Below, in pieces: positions 11,575 to 23,937 of a stretch of DNA of 64,000 nucleotides; position 1 is the first letter of the stretch; each line of letters begins with the position of its first letter. The position numbers were made by a program, and so were the translations under genes. The DNA lies in assembly GCF_006345805.1 (NCBI RefSeq), contig NC_043011.1, positions 54,324,464-54,388,463 on the forward strand. The letters are read 5' to 3'. The stretch comes from Octopus sinensis. Lineage: Eukaryota. The notes beneath the pieces were generated by a model. That model had not been told where the DNA came from, did no database searches, and worked only from the letters and a program-made list of their open reading frames with translations.

Positions 11575-11686
11575 ATGGACAATTATATCCTTTGCTCTGT
11601 GGTTAAATAAGACACGGTCGCACCAAGAGGGACATCTCGTCTTCATATATGACAGCCCATCGTTTGTGTCTTCACTAAATGGATAA
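11575..11686 (-). CDS. INPP5A: INPP5A-like exon (S)YPFSEDTNDGLSYMKTRCPSWCDRVLFNHRAKDIIVH
   Basis: ttctttcag| ... |gtaaat; 112 nt, phase 2/0; contains catalytic motif RCPSWCDRVL (PxWxDR). Confidence 0.97.
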
Positions 11687-11786
11687 CTGAAAGAACAAGG
11701 TTAGACAAAGATGTCACATGTATGTATACAGCTACATATCTCTATCTCTCTCACAAACACACACACACATATATATATAAAGATAA

Positions 11787-11999
11787 CAGAAAATGGAGAA
11801 GTACTGATTAACAACAATTGACTTACATCAATTATTATTTATTAATTCAATGCAAACAGACTGCATCCCATCATCTAACGGCTGTTTCATATTGGAAGCA
11901 GAAACAGCTGTTAGATGGGATGCAGTCTGTTTGCATTGAATTAATAAATAATAATTGATGTAAGTCAATTGTTGTTAATCAGTACTTCTCCATTTTCTG
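11787..11999. repeat. Near-perfect inverted repeat (arms about 100 bp, 12-nt loop)
   Basis: 11787-11888 vs 11901-11999: one mismatch and one 3-nt indel by eye. Confidence 0.95.
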
Positions 12000-12206
12000 C
12001 TTTCTTTAAATTTTGATTATTGATAAATCCATGTTTATTCTTGTCTTTACCTATAACTTATGAACATAATGTTTGCATATGTATGTCTATAGTAGTGTAA
12101 TGGATACTTCTATCCCTTAAACGGGTATTTTACCCTCCAACTCAACTAACCTATATACACACATATATATATATAGCAGAGAATTTTTTTGCTACCCTTA
12201 TATTTA

Positions 12207-12246
<40 letters not shown>

Positions 12247-12334
12247 CATACATATATTGTGTGTGTATGGAAAATGTACAGCTCTTCTATAGTAGATATA
12301 AGTAATTATAGTAGTTACTGTTAGTTACATCTAA

Positions 12335-12630
12335 TCATCATCATCATTTAGCGTCCACTTTCCATCTTTCCATGCTAGCATGGGTTGGACGATTTGACTG
12401 AGGACTGGTGAACCAGATGGCTGCGCCAGGCTCCAATCTGATCTGGCAGAGTTTCTACAGCTGGATGCTCTTCCTAATGCCAACCACTCCGAGAGTGTAG
12501 TGGGTGCTTTTACGTGCCACCAGCACAAGGGCCAGTCTGGTGGTACTGGCAATGGCCATGCTCGAAATGGTGTTTTTTACATGCCACCTGCACAGGAGTC
12601 AGTCCAGTGGCACTGGCAACGACCTCATCC
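12335..12630 (-). mobile_element. SINE/LINE-tail family B' with (GAT)n tail (other copies 21617-21880 -, 34660-35015 +, 52850-53120 +, 57760-57930 -, 58460-58800 +)
   Basis: Shared 3' end ccaacccatgctagcatggaaaacggacgttaaacgatgatg; no tRNA head seen. Confidence 0.8.
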
Positions 12631-12909
12631 AAATGTTTTGTCCAGTAAGGCAATGTGCAGCTATGTTATAAAACTTATTAGTGATGATAAAAATTAACAT
12701 TAGTAGTGTACACTGTTGTAGTAATTAATGTAGTGGTGAAAATATAGTAGACAGTGTTGCAGTATATAGTGATATGGTCTTATAATGTTGTAGCTAGGTC
12801 AAGGAGTTCAATGATAAAATTGAACCTAAAGAAAAAATGAGCACTCAGAGAGGCAACACCAACGTCTTCTCAACAATTAGCCAGAGATGATTATTTTTAA
12901 AATGAGAAT

Positions 12910-13187
12910 ATCTGAAATAAGCTCGAATGCTCTCACAAATGAGAATACTAAAAATGAACCCAAACTCTCAAAAATTAAGTAAAAAAAAAAAAAAAAAAAA
13001 CCCGGAAAAATAATCCAGAATCCTTGTCCAGTACTGGATCGATCCCAAAATCTAATCAGTTTGTGCCAGTCATGAGGCCAAACATCCCTGAGAGTTTCAC
13101 CCAAATCCATTGAGCGGTTCTTGAGATATCTTGTCCACGGACAAACAAACACGATTGGAAACAATACCTTTGCTAAGGCGGAGGCAA
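12910..13187 (+). mobile_element. Interspersed repeat, second copy at 53121-53403
   Basis: Colinear aatatctgaaataa...gtccatggacaaac...gcctttgctaaggcggagg(c/t)aat; class not determined. Confidence 0.7.
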
Positions 13188-13317
13188 TGATGCGACACTT
13201 CTATAGTTTCATAAATAATTGAAAAATCACATTTAAATGGTGTGTGTTGTGTGTGTGGGGGGTGTAACATTTTAAGAAATAATTACTTGATAATTAATTA
13301 GTGTAAAACTCACTGAC

Positions 13318-13391
13318 CTTGGTGGGAAACTAATTTCAAATTCTGATATTTGGTCTTTGAATGCATCTAACTCTGTATCATACTGTTGCAA
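13318..13391 (-). CDS. INPP5A: INPP5A-like exon LQQYDTELDAFKDQISEFEISFPP(S)
   Basis: cttttccag| ... |gtcagt; 74 nt, phase 0/2; FPPS|YP junction conserved with human FPPSYPY. Confidence 0.95.
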
Positions 13392-13685
13392 CTGGAAAAG
13401 ATATATAAACATGCATATATAAATATTTATGACACACGCATATACACACTATGAAAGAAAAATAGGGATTGAATAAATCCAGGTAAACACTTCAGTAAAC
13501 ACTCCAGGTAAACAAAACTCAGCTCAGGAGACAACTGTTCTGTAAATTAGTTTGACTGGATTAACAGATCAATTAAGCATGCAAACCACTATGCATTAAT
13601 CTGTTCAGCTCGCTGGATCATTTGAAACTTGCGTAAGGGAATAAAATATATGAATATAATTCTTTATTTCTTTACGGTATACACA

Positions 13686-13920
13686 CAAGGCGGCGAGCTT
13701 GCAGAAACGTTAGCACGCCGGGCGAAATGCTTAGCGGTATTTCGTCTGCGTTACGTTGTGAGTTCAAATTCCGCCGAGGTCGACTTTGCCTTTCATCCTT
13801 TTGGGGTCGATAAATTAAGTACCAGTTACGCACTGGGGTCGATGTAATCGACTTAATACCTATGTCTGTCCTTGTTTGTCCGCTCTGTGTTTAGCCCCTT
13901 GTTGGTAATAAAGAAGTAGG
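13686..13920 (+). mobile_element. SINE family D, young copy (twin at 42245-42470)
   Basis: aaggcggcgagc...gagttcaaattccgccgaggtcgactttgcctttcatcc...; CpGs retained. Confidence 0.85.
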
Positions 13921-14873
13921 TATACACACAGGTGAGGGAGTAGCTGGGCAAGTGTCTTCCACTATAGCCTCGGACCGATTATAAGTCTGGGATGGAATTG
14001 ATAGGATGAAACAAGTAAAAGACAATCGTAGCAGGCGATGCAGAACAAAGGGGGGGGAGAGGTAGATAGATGATGTGGCCCAGGGCAGTTGAAGATACAA
14101 AGGTGAGATGTAAAAATGTCTTTGAGCCTGATCAACCATGATCAAAATCCATTCCAGCCATGACTATCATGTATGTACATCCATGACTTTCTAATGTCTT
14201 TGTTATTTGAGATTTTTTTAAAAAGGTTTTTTTGTTGGTCTAAAGGAATATATGGCAAAACTAGTGTTGAAGCGACTAAATAATATATTTGATATAAAAC
14301 AGTCACCTCCATAGAAGACAGCTGAAGGTTGAGGGCAGGGCGAGAGTTAATGCACTCACAGTACAACATCTGTAGCGCATGCGGTGAAGCAGGGTGGGGG
14401 GGGATAGTGAGTATGGGCGGCCAGAAAAGGGGTTGAGGGGACAGAAGAGATGGGGAGAGGGGTCAATAGATGTTCCACGTAGATGGGAGGTGGGGGTGTG
14501 AAAGAACAGGGTGGTGGGAGTGGGAATAACATGTAGGGCAAATGTGTGCGTGTGTGTATGTGGTAGGTGTATAACAAAGAGCAAGGGAAGGAGACAGAAG
14601 AGGAAGGCAGGAGGAGCCGTATAGCCATGGTGATAAATGACCTTTCTGTCATATCACAACATATTATTTTAATGTCCATTTATATCGGTGTGTATGTATG
14701 TATGTTTATATACACGTTATTGTGTGTGTGTATACATATATATATATATATATAAAGTTGTTTTATATATATATATATATCAGCGTGTATGTGTGCATGT
14801 ATATATCATTGTGCATGTACATATACACATGTTTATGAATGAGTATGTATGTAAGGACTGCATAAGGATATGC

Positions 14874-14918
<45 letters not shown>

Positions 14919-15109
14919 TATACAAGTAGACAGACAGACATGCACAACCTCACATGTATATAAAATCTATAGTGATAGGTACATGTGTACAAGCGCACAT
15001 GAAGATGTCTGAGTGTGTGCATGGAGAAATATATAGATATAAGCTGTCATACATCTGCTTCTGTGCGGGCGGCACATATAACAATATATATATATATACA
15101 TACATACAA

Positions 15110-15142
<33 letters not shown>

Positions 15143-15602
15143 TATATATCTATGTGTGTTTGTGTGTGTGTGAGAGAAAAAGAGGGAGAAGACGTATATG
15201 TTAGGAGCTATTCACATGAACACACACACACTATCACACACACACACACACACTATCACACACACACTATCACACACACACACGCACACACACACTCGGC
15301 TATGGCAGCAGCATATCAACAGGAAAAGATAAAAGCATAATTCAAATGTGATAAAGTGATCTGTGCATTAACCAATTGCTCTCTGCAACTGAAATGCGGA
15401 GAAAAATTAGGGGTCAGAGTTAGAGTTCAGCAGTTTGTGATGCTGACAGACACATAACTCTCCATCACCGCCGCCACCGCTACAGTCGTCATCATCATCA
15501 TCATCGTCATCATATTGATAAAAGACCAAAGTCTTTGTACCATCAACATCATTATGTTGCTGACAGGAGTAAGACAAATAACAAAAGTAAATCCCATCTA
15601 TA

Positions 15603-15642
<40 letters not shown>

Positions 15643-15784
15643 AACACACACAATTGTGGTGTGTAGAATATAGTGTCAGATATGGTCTGTGCATTCCATA
15701 TTTTATTGTATTGAGTATTTGGTGGTGGTTGCGAACTAGTTATCAGCATTGTATCTTTACAGGTTATATGGTGTTAGCACTATC

Positions 15785-16346
15785 CTTCTACACTGTCACA
15801 CCAATGTATCACATCATTATTATCACATCCCTGTATCTCTACACTGTCGCACTGCTATGTCTCTACACTGTCACACTGCAGTGTCTCTACACTGTCACAC
15901 CATTGTATCACATCATTATTATCACATCCCTGTATCTCTACACTGTCGCACTGCTGTGTCTCTACACTGTCGCACTGCTGTGTCTCTACGCTGTCACACT
16001 GCTGTGTCTCTACACTGTCGCACTGCTGTGTCTCTACACTGTCGCACTGTTGTGCCTCTACACTGTCACACTGCTGTATCTCTATACTGTCACACTGCTG
16101 TGTCTCTACACTGTCACATCACTGTGCCTCTATACTGTCACATTACTGTCTCTACATTGTTACACCGTTGTCTCTACACTGTATCTCTACATTGTCACAC
16201 TGCTGTGTCTCTACACTGTCACACCACTGTATCTCTACACTGTCACACCACTGTGTCTCTACACTGTCACACCACTGTGTCTCTACACTGTCACACCACT
16301 GTGTCTCTACACTGTCACACTGTTGTATCTCTACACTGTCACACTG
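15785..16346. repeat. 24-bp minisatellite (ctctacactgtcacaccactgtgt)
   Basis: About 20 units with two longer variants; source of ORFs 15654..16364 and 15749..16387. Confidence 0.9.
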
Positions 16347-16677
16347 GTGTATGTATATATGTGAGTATGTGTGTTTGTGTCTCTTAGCCATGACATCGTG
16401 TGATAGTTGTAAATGAGTGTCACTGACATACAAGCAGTGTCCTTCCTTTCTGTGAGAACATATGACTGAGGGGGGGGGATTACCTTACATGGAAACAGTT
16501 AACAGTTGGTGGCAGGAAGGGCATCCAGCTGTAGAAAATCTGTCTCAAATAAACTCTGTCTGACCCATGTAAGCATAGAACAGTGGAGGTTAAATGATCA
16601 TATACACATACACACACATATATGCACACACACACACACATGGAGATACATACATGAACATATAGTAATATACTTAC

Positions 16678-16755
16678 CATGTTATTTTTGTTATAAAAGA
16701 ATTCTGTGTGTTTATCGTGATAATTAAACTGTTTGCTCTCCACAGTCAGTATGGC
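16678..16755 (-). CDS. INPP5A: INPP5A-like exon AILTVESKQFNYHDKHTEFFYNKNNM
   Basis: ccttttgcag| ... |gtaagt; 78 nt, phase 0/0; aligns by eye to human VMLQLEKKLFDYFNQEVF. Confidence 0.9.
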
Positions 16756-17689
16756 CTGCAAAAGGATGTTAAAATAATTTTTTTTTAAATTAGAAAATAG
16801 CAACAATTATAAAACAACTAAAAAGGGTTTTTAATTTAAAAAAAAGGGGGGGGGGTTTGAAAAAAAAAGCCACAATAATTAGGCACCAACCCAATACTAT
16901 ATAGCACCCATGGAATCCCAAAAATCTTAAATGAACCCTGGGTGAGAACCTCTGGGTAAGATGGATTCAACATAGTTCAAAGCAGTTCTTATTTGAAAGC
17001 CAATACCTTTATCAACTCTTAATACCTGATAATTTCAGCCGGGGTTTTCTATAGGGCAATGCTGGTACCATGATAAAATGCACCCAGTGCAGTCACTTAA
17101 GAAAGAACTTTTAGTTTTGTTAAAGAGCTGACACCCTCACTAGTGATGGTGACAAAACGATGCACCCTGGTCACTCAGAAAAGTGATTGGTGTTAGAGAG
17201 AGCAATCAGCCATATTAAACCATGTTAAAAATTAGATTTCCATGTAGAACGCGTTCCTCTGACCCAGTTAGGAGAATAGCAATGACCCATGCATCCCATG
17301 ATGATTATATATTATGAGAAACAAGTGGGAGAGTGTGTATATAAGAGAGAGAGAGAGAGAGAGAGAGAGTAGGTGTGTGAGAGAGAGATTGAAGAAAGTC
17401 TGAAAAAGAATGTGAAACAGTTTAATGTGGCAAAATGACATTTCTGTATTTCATACAAACTCTCCTATTCAACAACTCCATTACAACTTTCAGTCTATCC
17501 CCATCCCCTTTTCCCCATTTATGTTTTATGCCATGCAGACCTTGGACCCAGGACTTTCCCATGCAATATTCTAAATTGTATATGGATCTTCTGCAAGATT
17601 TGATAAACTTAATTTGAGAAAAGATGATACTCTGTCAAGATGTACAAACATTAGTATTTATAAATATACATAGACGTCTTCTTTCTTTC

Positions 17690-18190
17690 TTTATGTCTTT
17701 AACTCTCCAACAGGGAGTATAGGCCACTTATAATTGAATTCCATGTCGCATATTTTTTGGCTTCTGTACTAACACTCTGCCATGAATGTTCCCCTTTCTC
17801 TAGTTCCTTCTGTGTTGATCTCCGCCATGAGTTCTTAGGCCTACCTCTCCTTCTATATCCATCCGGATTCCACTGTAAAGCACTTTTCGCTACATTTGAT
17901 GTGTCTTGTACTACCAATCCACTTCCCACTTTTTCTTAAATATTTGCTCCCTAATCGAAACTTGATTTGTTCTTTGCCATAGCTCCATATATCTTATGTA
18001 TTTCGGGCCATCTAATTTTAAGTATACTTCACAAGCATCTGCTGATGAATGATTGTATTTGCTTATTTGACTTTACTGTTGTTCGCCATGTCTCATTCAA
18101 TAACACTGCTTTTACGTTAGTGTTATAAATTCTTATTTTGTTCCTTATAGAAATTACACTTGCACTCCATACTTTCTTGAACATACATAG
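17690..18190 (-). mobile_element. RTE LINE 3' fragment
   Basis: Minus-strand peptides IRIYNTNVKAVLL..ETWRTT..SILKIRWPE and AKSALQWNPDGYRRRGRPKNSWRR typical of the RTE ORF C-terminus; contains stops and frameshifts. Confidence 0.85.
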
Positions 18191-18354
18191 ACGTAATAAA
18201 TAAAAAAATCAAATGACAATATTTTGAATGCATTTAATACACGTTTCAAGTAATTATGTACCAAAAAAATCTTCTCACATAATATCTTCAGTCAAAATAT
18301 TTCAAAATGTTTTGGCTAAGAAAGATATGGAAGAAAATTATGTAAGTGTATATA

Positions 18355-18575
18355 CAGGGTGGCCCAAAAGTCTGAGGGGTCTAAAAGTTTAATAAATTTG
18401 TTTTAATCACATTTTTTATATTTGTTATTCACAAAATGTGACTCTTCACTTCTAATATACATATATTTCCTGTATATATTATATACACATATACTATATG
18501 TGGTGCTAAGTTACTGTAAATTTTAAAACAGCATAACTGAATTATTAACACCTTTGTAAATTTTGGGCCACCTTG
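18355..18575. mobile_element. Tc1/mariner-type MITE
   Basis: ta|cagggtggcccaaaa ... ttttgggccaccttg|ta. Confidence 0.8.
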
Positions 18576-18676
18576 TATGTATGTATGTATGTATGTATGT
18601 ATGTACGTTTGTATGTATATGTTTACACATACACTCAATGTGGTAACACATATTCCAGAAGCTTTTACAGACTTAC

Positions 18677-18769
18677 TTTCTCATTGTTGTCTGCTTCTAT
18701 GAAGACAATTTTGGCCAACTGGTCCTTCTTGCCTTTGGTATGTTGAGGGAGAGTTTTGTCTGTTAATTC
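18677..18769 (-). CDS. INPP5A: INPP5A-like exon ELTDKTLPQHTKGKKDQLAKIVFIEADNNEK
   Basis: cttcatattgcag| ... |gtaagt; 93 nt, phase 0/0; corresponds to human ...VVKLIFRESDNDRK. Confidence 0.9.
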
Positions 18770-19238
18770 CTGCAATATGAAGAGATATGGTATAGTGATA
18801 GTTAGTACAACATATAGGTGTATATGGGTGTATGCATAAAAATTTTGAAGAACTCTAGTCTTTTTGGCATTCAGATTACTCTGTCAAATATAATGCTTAT
18901 TTATTCACATCATTTTGAATTAATCAAGATTATTAATTATATCTGATCAATGATGTGATCATATATTTTTAGAATGACATAGTAAGGTAGGTGTGAGAGG
19001 TAAGATCTGGCCAGCTGGAATATTTCTAGTCTAAATGCAAAAAGGTTAAGGCCTCCTTGTTTGAGAAGAAAAGTGAAAAGTTTTGAAATCATTTCTGGAT
19101 ACTAGACATCATTTGAATCCAAAGATTTATGGATCATCTAGAATTTAGGAGAGCTGGAACCAATTTGAGAAACAAATCAGATTAGATCAGAACACCTGGG
19201 ACAATTACAAAAAGGAAAAGAAAAAAGAGAAAACATAC

Positions 19239-19323
19239 CTTGATTAATAGATGTGAATCCAGTCGGAAGTTGAAGTCACCAAAAATAAACATCGGTAATT
19301 TTTCAAATTTATCTTCATCGAAT
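19239..19323 (-). CDS. INPP5A: INPP5A-like exon (R)FDEDKFEKLPMFIFGDFNFRLDSHLLIK
   Basis: ttttgttccag| ... |gtatgt; 85 nt, phase 2/0; catalytic motif FGDFNFRLD. Confidence 0.97.
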
Positions 19324-19492
19324 CTGGAACAAAAAAAAAAATAATAATAAAAAGAGTGGAAATAAAACAAATTTCCAAAATAATGTATATAGAAAGTTAA
19401 ATTATTTACAAGTAAATGTTTTGTTTTTTGTATTTGGTTTGCAAGATTCTTGATGTGAACTTGTGTTCTGAAACAGATTTTGTTGTATCTTG

Positions 19493-19848
19493 GGAGAGCC
19501 ATTATGCCAATGATAGACACACTCACTGGTTATACTTCCTTTCTATATTACTCATCAGTTGGTTAACTATTTCACCAGTTAACTAATTTATTAATTAATC
19601 ATTCAGTAAATCGATCAGTTATGTTTGTCAAAGTCTGAAGCTGACCTGGAGTAAAGAGGGCATATTACTGAAGAGGTCATGAATGGCAACAAAAGGACTT
19701 TGACAAACACAACTGATTGATTGATTCACAGAAAGATTGATCAATCTATTAGTTAATTGGTGAAATAGCTAACTAATTGACAAATAATAATAATTAAGAA
19801 GTGAAATAGAACCAGTGCATGTGTTTGTTATCAGCATAATGGCCCTCC
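19493..19848. repeat. Degenerate inverted repeat (arms about 145 bp, 60-nt spacer)
   Basis: gccattatgc..cactggt..ctatttcaccagttaactaat..tttgtcaaagtc mirrored at 19696-19848. Confidence 0.8.
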
Positions 19849-20500
19849 TGAGATACTGAATATTATTTATATAATAGATGATGGGCAAGATTAACTGCTG
19901 CACAGCTGATTTTTAGATGCCTTTTATTCTGGATGGAAGGCTTAACACTTTGTCTACAAACACTTTAAAACATTTTAACCATATATGGACCACTATACAA
20001 ACTACCAAATTCAAAGAGGCCAAGGAACAGAAGAAAAAAGGAGAAAGAAGAAATTCACTCAACACCAGAGCTGAAGACACCTCCAAAAGGAAGGGGCCCC
20101 ACCACGTCGAAAACGGTAGAGGAGTAGGGGCCAAAACCGAACATGGTTCCTCCTGATGATGTCCTTAGCCACTGGATCCTACAAAGGAGCTGTTGAGGTA
20201 GCAAACCATGAAACATGGTTGGAATTCCTCCATGGGTATCACCAGTGACTCCCACAATGCAGAATGAATATTTTTTTTACTAGTTGGCCCCATGCCATCA
20301 AAAATGACAGCTAATTATAGTATTTATAAGGTATAAAATTAATTATAGTATTTTATAAGGTACAGAACCAAGTTTTTAGTTTAATAATTCTTTTATTACC
20401 AAATTTATAAAATACCTTTCACCTGTTGTTGTTTTATATTCTTGATACACTCAGGCAATAATTATTTTCTCTAATGAGTTTGCGTATGTTTGTGTGATTG

Positions 20501-20890
20501 TTACTCTTTACTCTTTTACTTGTTTCAGTCATTTGACTGCGGCCATGCTGGAGCACCACCTTTAGTTGAGCAAATCAACCCCAGGACTTATTCTTTGTAA
20601 GCCTAGTACTTATTCTATCGGTCTCTTTTGCCAAACCGCTAAGTTACGGGGACGTAAACACACCAGCATTGGTTGTCAAGCGATATTGGGGGGGACAAAC
20701 ACAGACACACACATATATATACGTATACACGACGGGCTTCTTTCAGTTTCCATCAACCAAATCCACTCACAAAGCTTTGGTCAGCCCGAGGCTATAGAAG
20801 ACACTTGCCCAAGGTGCCACGCAGCAGGATTGAACCCGGAACCATGTGGTTGATAAGCAAGCTACTTACCACATAGCCACTCCTGTACCT
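20501..20890 (-). mobile_element. SINE family A (other minus copies 24508-24872, 28995-29382, 30090-30363, 63040-63200)
   Basis: Reverse complement of 516-900. Confidence 0.85.
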
Positions 20891-21972
20891 GTAATAATTA
20901 TTTTTAACAAAACATAGAATATAGATGGCAAATCAAATTAATACACTTGTTAATGTTATCTAGTGGTTGTCTTTTGAGATGTGACATCGATCATCACTAA
21001 TTACTGAGAGAACACTCGTTAATCTATGTGTGTTTCCTGAAAGAACACTGGGAAAAAATTTCTTAATATAAACAAACTAAGGACATGTATAAACTGTTAG
21101 ATTAAGATGTGTATTTACAATACAATTCAACTGCAGTTTAATTATATTCTTGATACACTTAGGCAATAATTATTCTCTCTAATGAGTTTGCATATATTTG
21201 TGTGATTGTAATAATTATTTTTAACAAAACAGATAGAATATGGATGGCAAATCAAATTAATACACTTGACAATGTTATCTGGTGGTTGTCTTTTGAGATG
21301 TGACATCGATCATCGTTTGTTATTGAAAGAATGCTGGTTCACACATACAAACATTCACATACTTCCCTTGTACACGCACACACATATATACACACATTGT
21401 TTTGATTTTTTTTTCACTGTAGAATTTCCATCATCCCACTACTAATTTACCATCACCCCTTCCTTCCTTCCTTACACGTCTATCACTCCTCCCTATCGCT
21501 TTTATATGTTGTGACGGAGAAAAACAGGATTATTATTATTATAGTAGATTCTGTGCAGCAGGAGTCACTGATGACACACATGCTAAAAAGTGTTAAAAAT
21601 GCCCCTCATACTTTCATCATCATCATCATCATCATCATCATTTAATGTCCGTTTTCCATGCTGGCATGGGTTGGACAGTTTGACTGGGGTCTGGGAAGCC
21701 AGAAGGCTGCACCAGGCTCCTATCTGATCTGGCAAGGTTTCTACAGCTGGATGCCCTTCCTAATACCAACCCCTCCGGGAATGTAGTGGGTGGTGCTTTT
21801 TACATGCAAGCAGTACAGGAGCCAGCCAGGCAGTCCTAGCATCAATCCTGTTTGGATAGTGCTTTTTATGTGCCAAGGGCACAGTTATTAACAATGAGAC
21901 CCTACAACTAATAGCAGTAGTAGCAGTGGTGGTGATGGTGGTAATAGTTGTAGTGTAGGTGGTGGTACTTAC

Positions 21973-22028
21973 CGTTGTAGTGTGTGCCGTAGCGCCTCTT
22001 TTCTGTTTCCACAATATACGGAGGGACT
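21973..22028 (-). CDS. INPP5A: INPP5A-like exon SPSVYCGNRKEALRHTLQ(R)
   Basis: gttatttcag| ... |gtaagt; 56 nt, phase 0/2; matches human SPSVYSGIRHKALGYVLDR. Confidence 0.95.
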
Positions 22029-23602
22029 CTGAAATAACAAGACAATAAGGAATAGTGACATTGCAAAGAAGGGGTCAGTTAGGAAATAGGTCGGGTTTAG
22101 TAGACAACCTGACCCCACCCCAGTACATAACTGGTACATCTTGACCACAGAGCTAAACATACCAAACCTTCATAGCCATTCACAATGGAAAAGAATACCA
22201 TAGCAACAAAAAATAAGGGTTGAGAAGGGGGAACAATTGAGTCTTAACCAAAGTATATACCTGCCCAATGTTTCGATTTTTGCATCATTTTGTATAAAAC
22301 AGTGTTTAACCCTTGTGAAACCAATCCACTTGAGACCATCCCCAATGATACAACCTTCCTAATTCATTTCATTTTTGGATTTATATGAGTTCGTGTGTTG
22401 AAGCATATTCTGTTGTGTCTGGGGAGAGTAATTTTCTTTTTGTGCCTTATAATTTAACACACTCACCGGTAAAATTTCCACCTATTTTTTATTTTTATTT
22501 TCCTAAAATTTTCGTTGCATCTTGCAACCTTTTCAGTAATCTTGACTCTGTCCGTTATTTACACTGAGTTCCCTTTTGTTTGTTTGTGCGCATGTGTGTG
22601 GGTCAGTGTGTGTGTGTGCCAATGCAAGCATGTACGTTTGTATGTTTGCATGTGTGTATGTATGTATATATGTATGTATGTGTGTGCATCTGTATGTATC
22701 CTGCATAATTTAAAGAAATCTAAATTAAATTTTACCACTAAAATTTCATGCTAATTAAGGTTCCAGAAATCAGCTTGATAATTCTTCCTTCTATAGGCAT
22801 GCGATGAAGATAGAGGGCCTGGAGAATTTAGGGACGACCAGAAAGGTTGAAGGGAAAAAAGATGGAGAGGAAGGAGAAGGATGATACGGATGCTGAGTTT
22901 GATGAACTGGCTGGAAGGAAGAGGCACTGAACATCAGCAAGTGGAACTGTTACCAAAAACAAAGAACAGGGAATTTCAGCAGGGCATGATTGCTTATGTC
23001 CTACATTATGGACATAGGTAAAGTAAAGGTAGAGTTACCTTCTCGAGTCATACAGACTCATAAGGGCCGATTTCCTGGTTTCCATGTCGTGTATAGTCCC
23101 CACCTGGATGGGACGCCGATCCATCGCAGGATTACTAATTTTTTGCCAGCTGAGTGAACTGGAGCAACGTGAAGTGTTTAGCTGAAGGACACAATGTGTC
23201 GTCTGATCCAGGAATCAAAACCACAATCCTATCATCATGAATGAGTCCAACACCCTCCCCACTAATCCATACATGACCACCATTATGGACATGGCATCTG
23301 AAGAAAGAAAGACAGGCAGAAGGAGGAAGAGCTAGGCAACTGCATCAACACCAGTATTTGACTGGTACTGATATTATCAACCCCACCCCAGAAGGATGAA
23401 AGGCAAATTTGGGCTCTGTGGCATTTGAACCAAGAACATAAGGAGCCAAAAGATATGCCACTAAGCCTGTTTCCCAGCACAGTGACAATTCAGCCATATT
23501 GCTACCTTGAGAATCAGCTTCAAAATGACAAATTATTCGACTACATTCTCCAATATTTTTTAAATTAACTGAAATAAAGAGGGTGTATTTCAATAGCAAT
23601 GT

Positions 23603-23937
23603 GAAGGCGCATGGCTCAGTGGTTAGAGCGTTGAGCTTATGAGCGTGAGATTGTGAGTTCGAATCTCGGACTGGGCTGCATGTTGTGTTCTTGAGCAAGA
23701 CACTTTATTTCACGTTGCTCCAGTTCACTCAGCTGTAGAAATGAGTTGCAACATCACTGGTGCCAAGCTGTATCGGCCCCTTTGCCTTTCCCTTGGATAA
23801 CACTGGTGGCATGGAGAGGGGAAGCCGGTATGCATGGGCGACTGCTGGCCTTCCATAAACAACCTTGCCTGGACTTGTGCCTGGGAGGGTAACTTTCTAC
23901 GTGCAATCCCATGGCCAGTCATGACTGAAGGGGGACG
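23603..23937 (+). mobile_element. tRNA-headed SINE family C (other copies 41757-42087 -, 54389-54720 -)
   Basis: A box TGGCTCAGTGG, B box GAGTTCGAATC; conserved body ending catgactgaagggg. Confidence 0.85.

Noticed and set aside
20140-20235. CTGATGA and CTGTTGA..GAAA motifs in a GC-richer patch
   Set aside because: Could not build consistent stems I-III with a UH site; probably a degenerate repeat.
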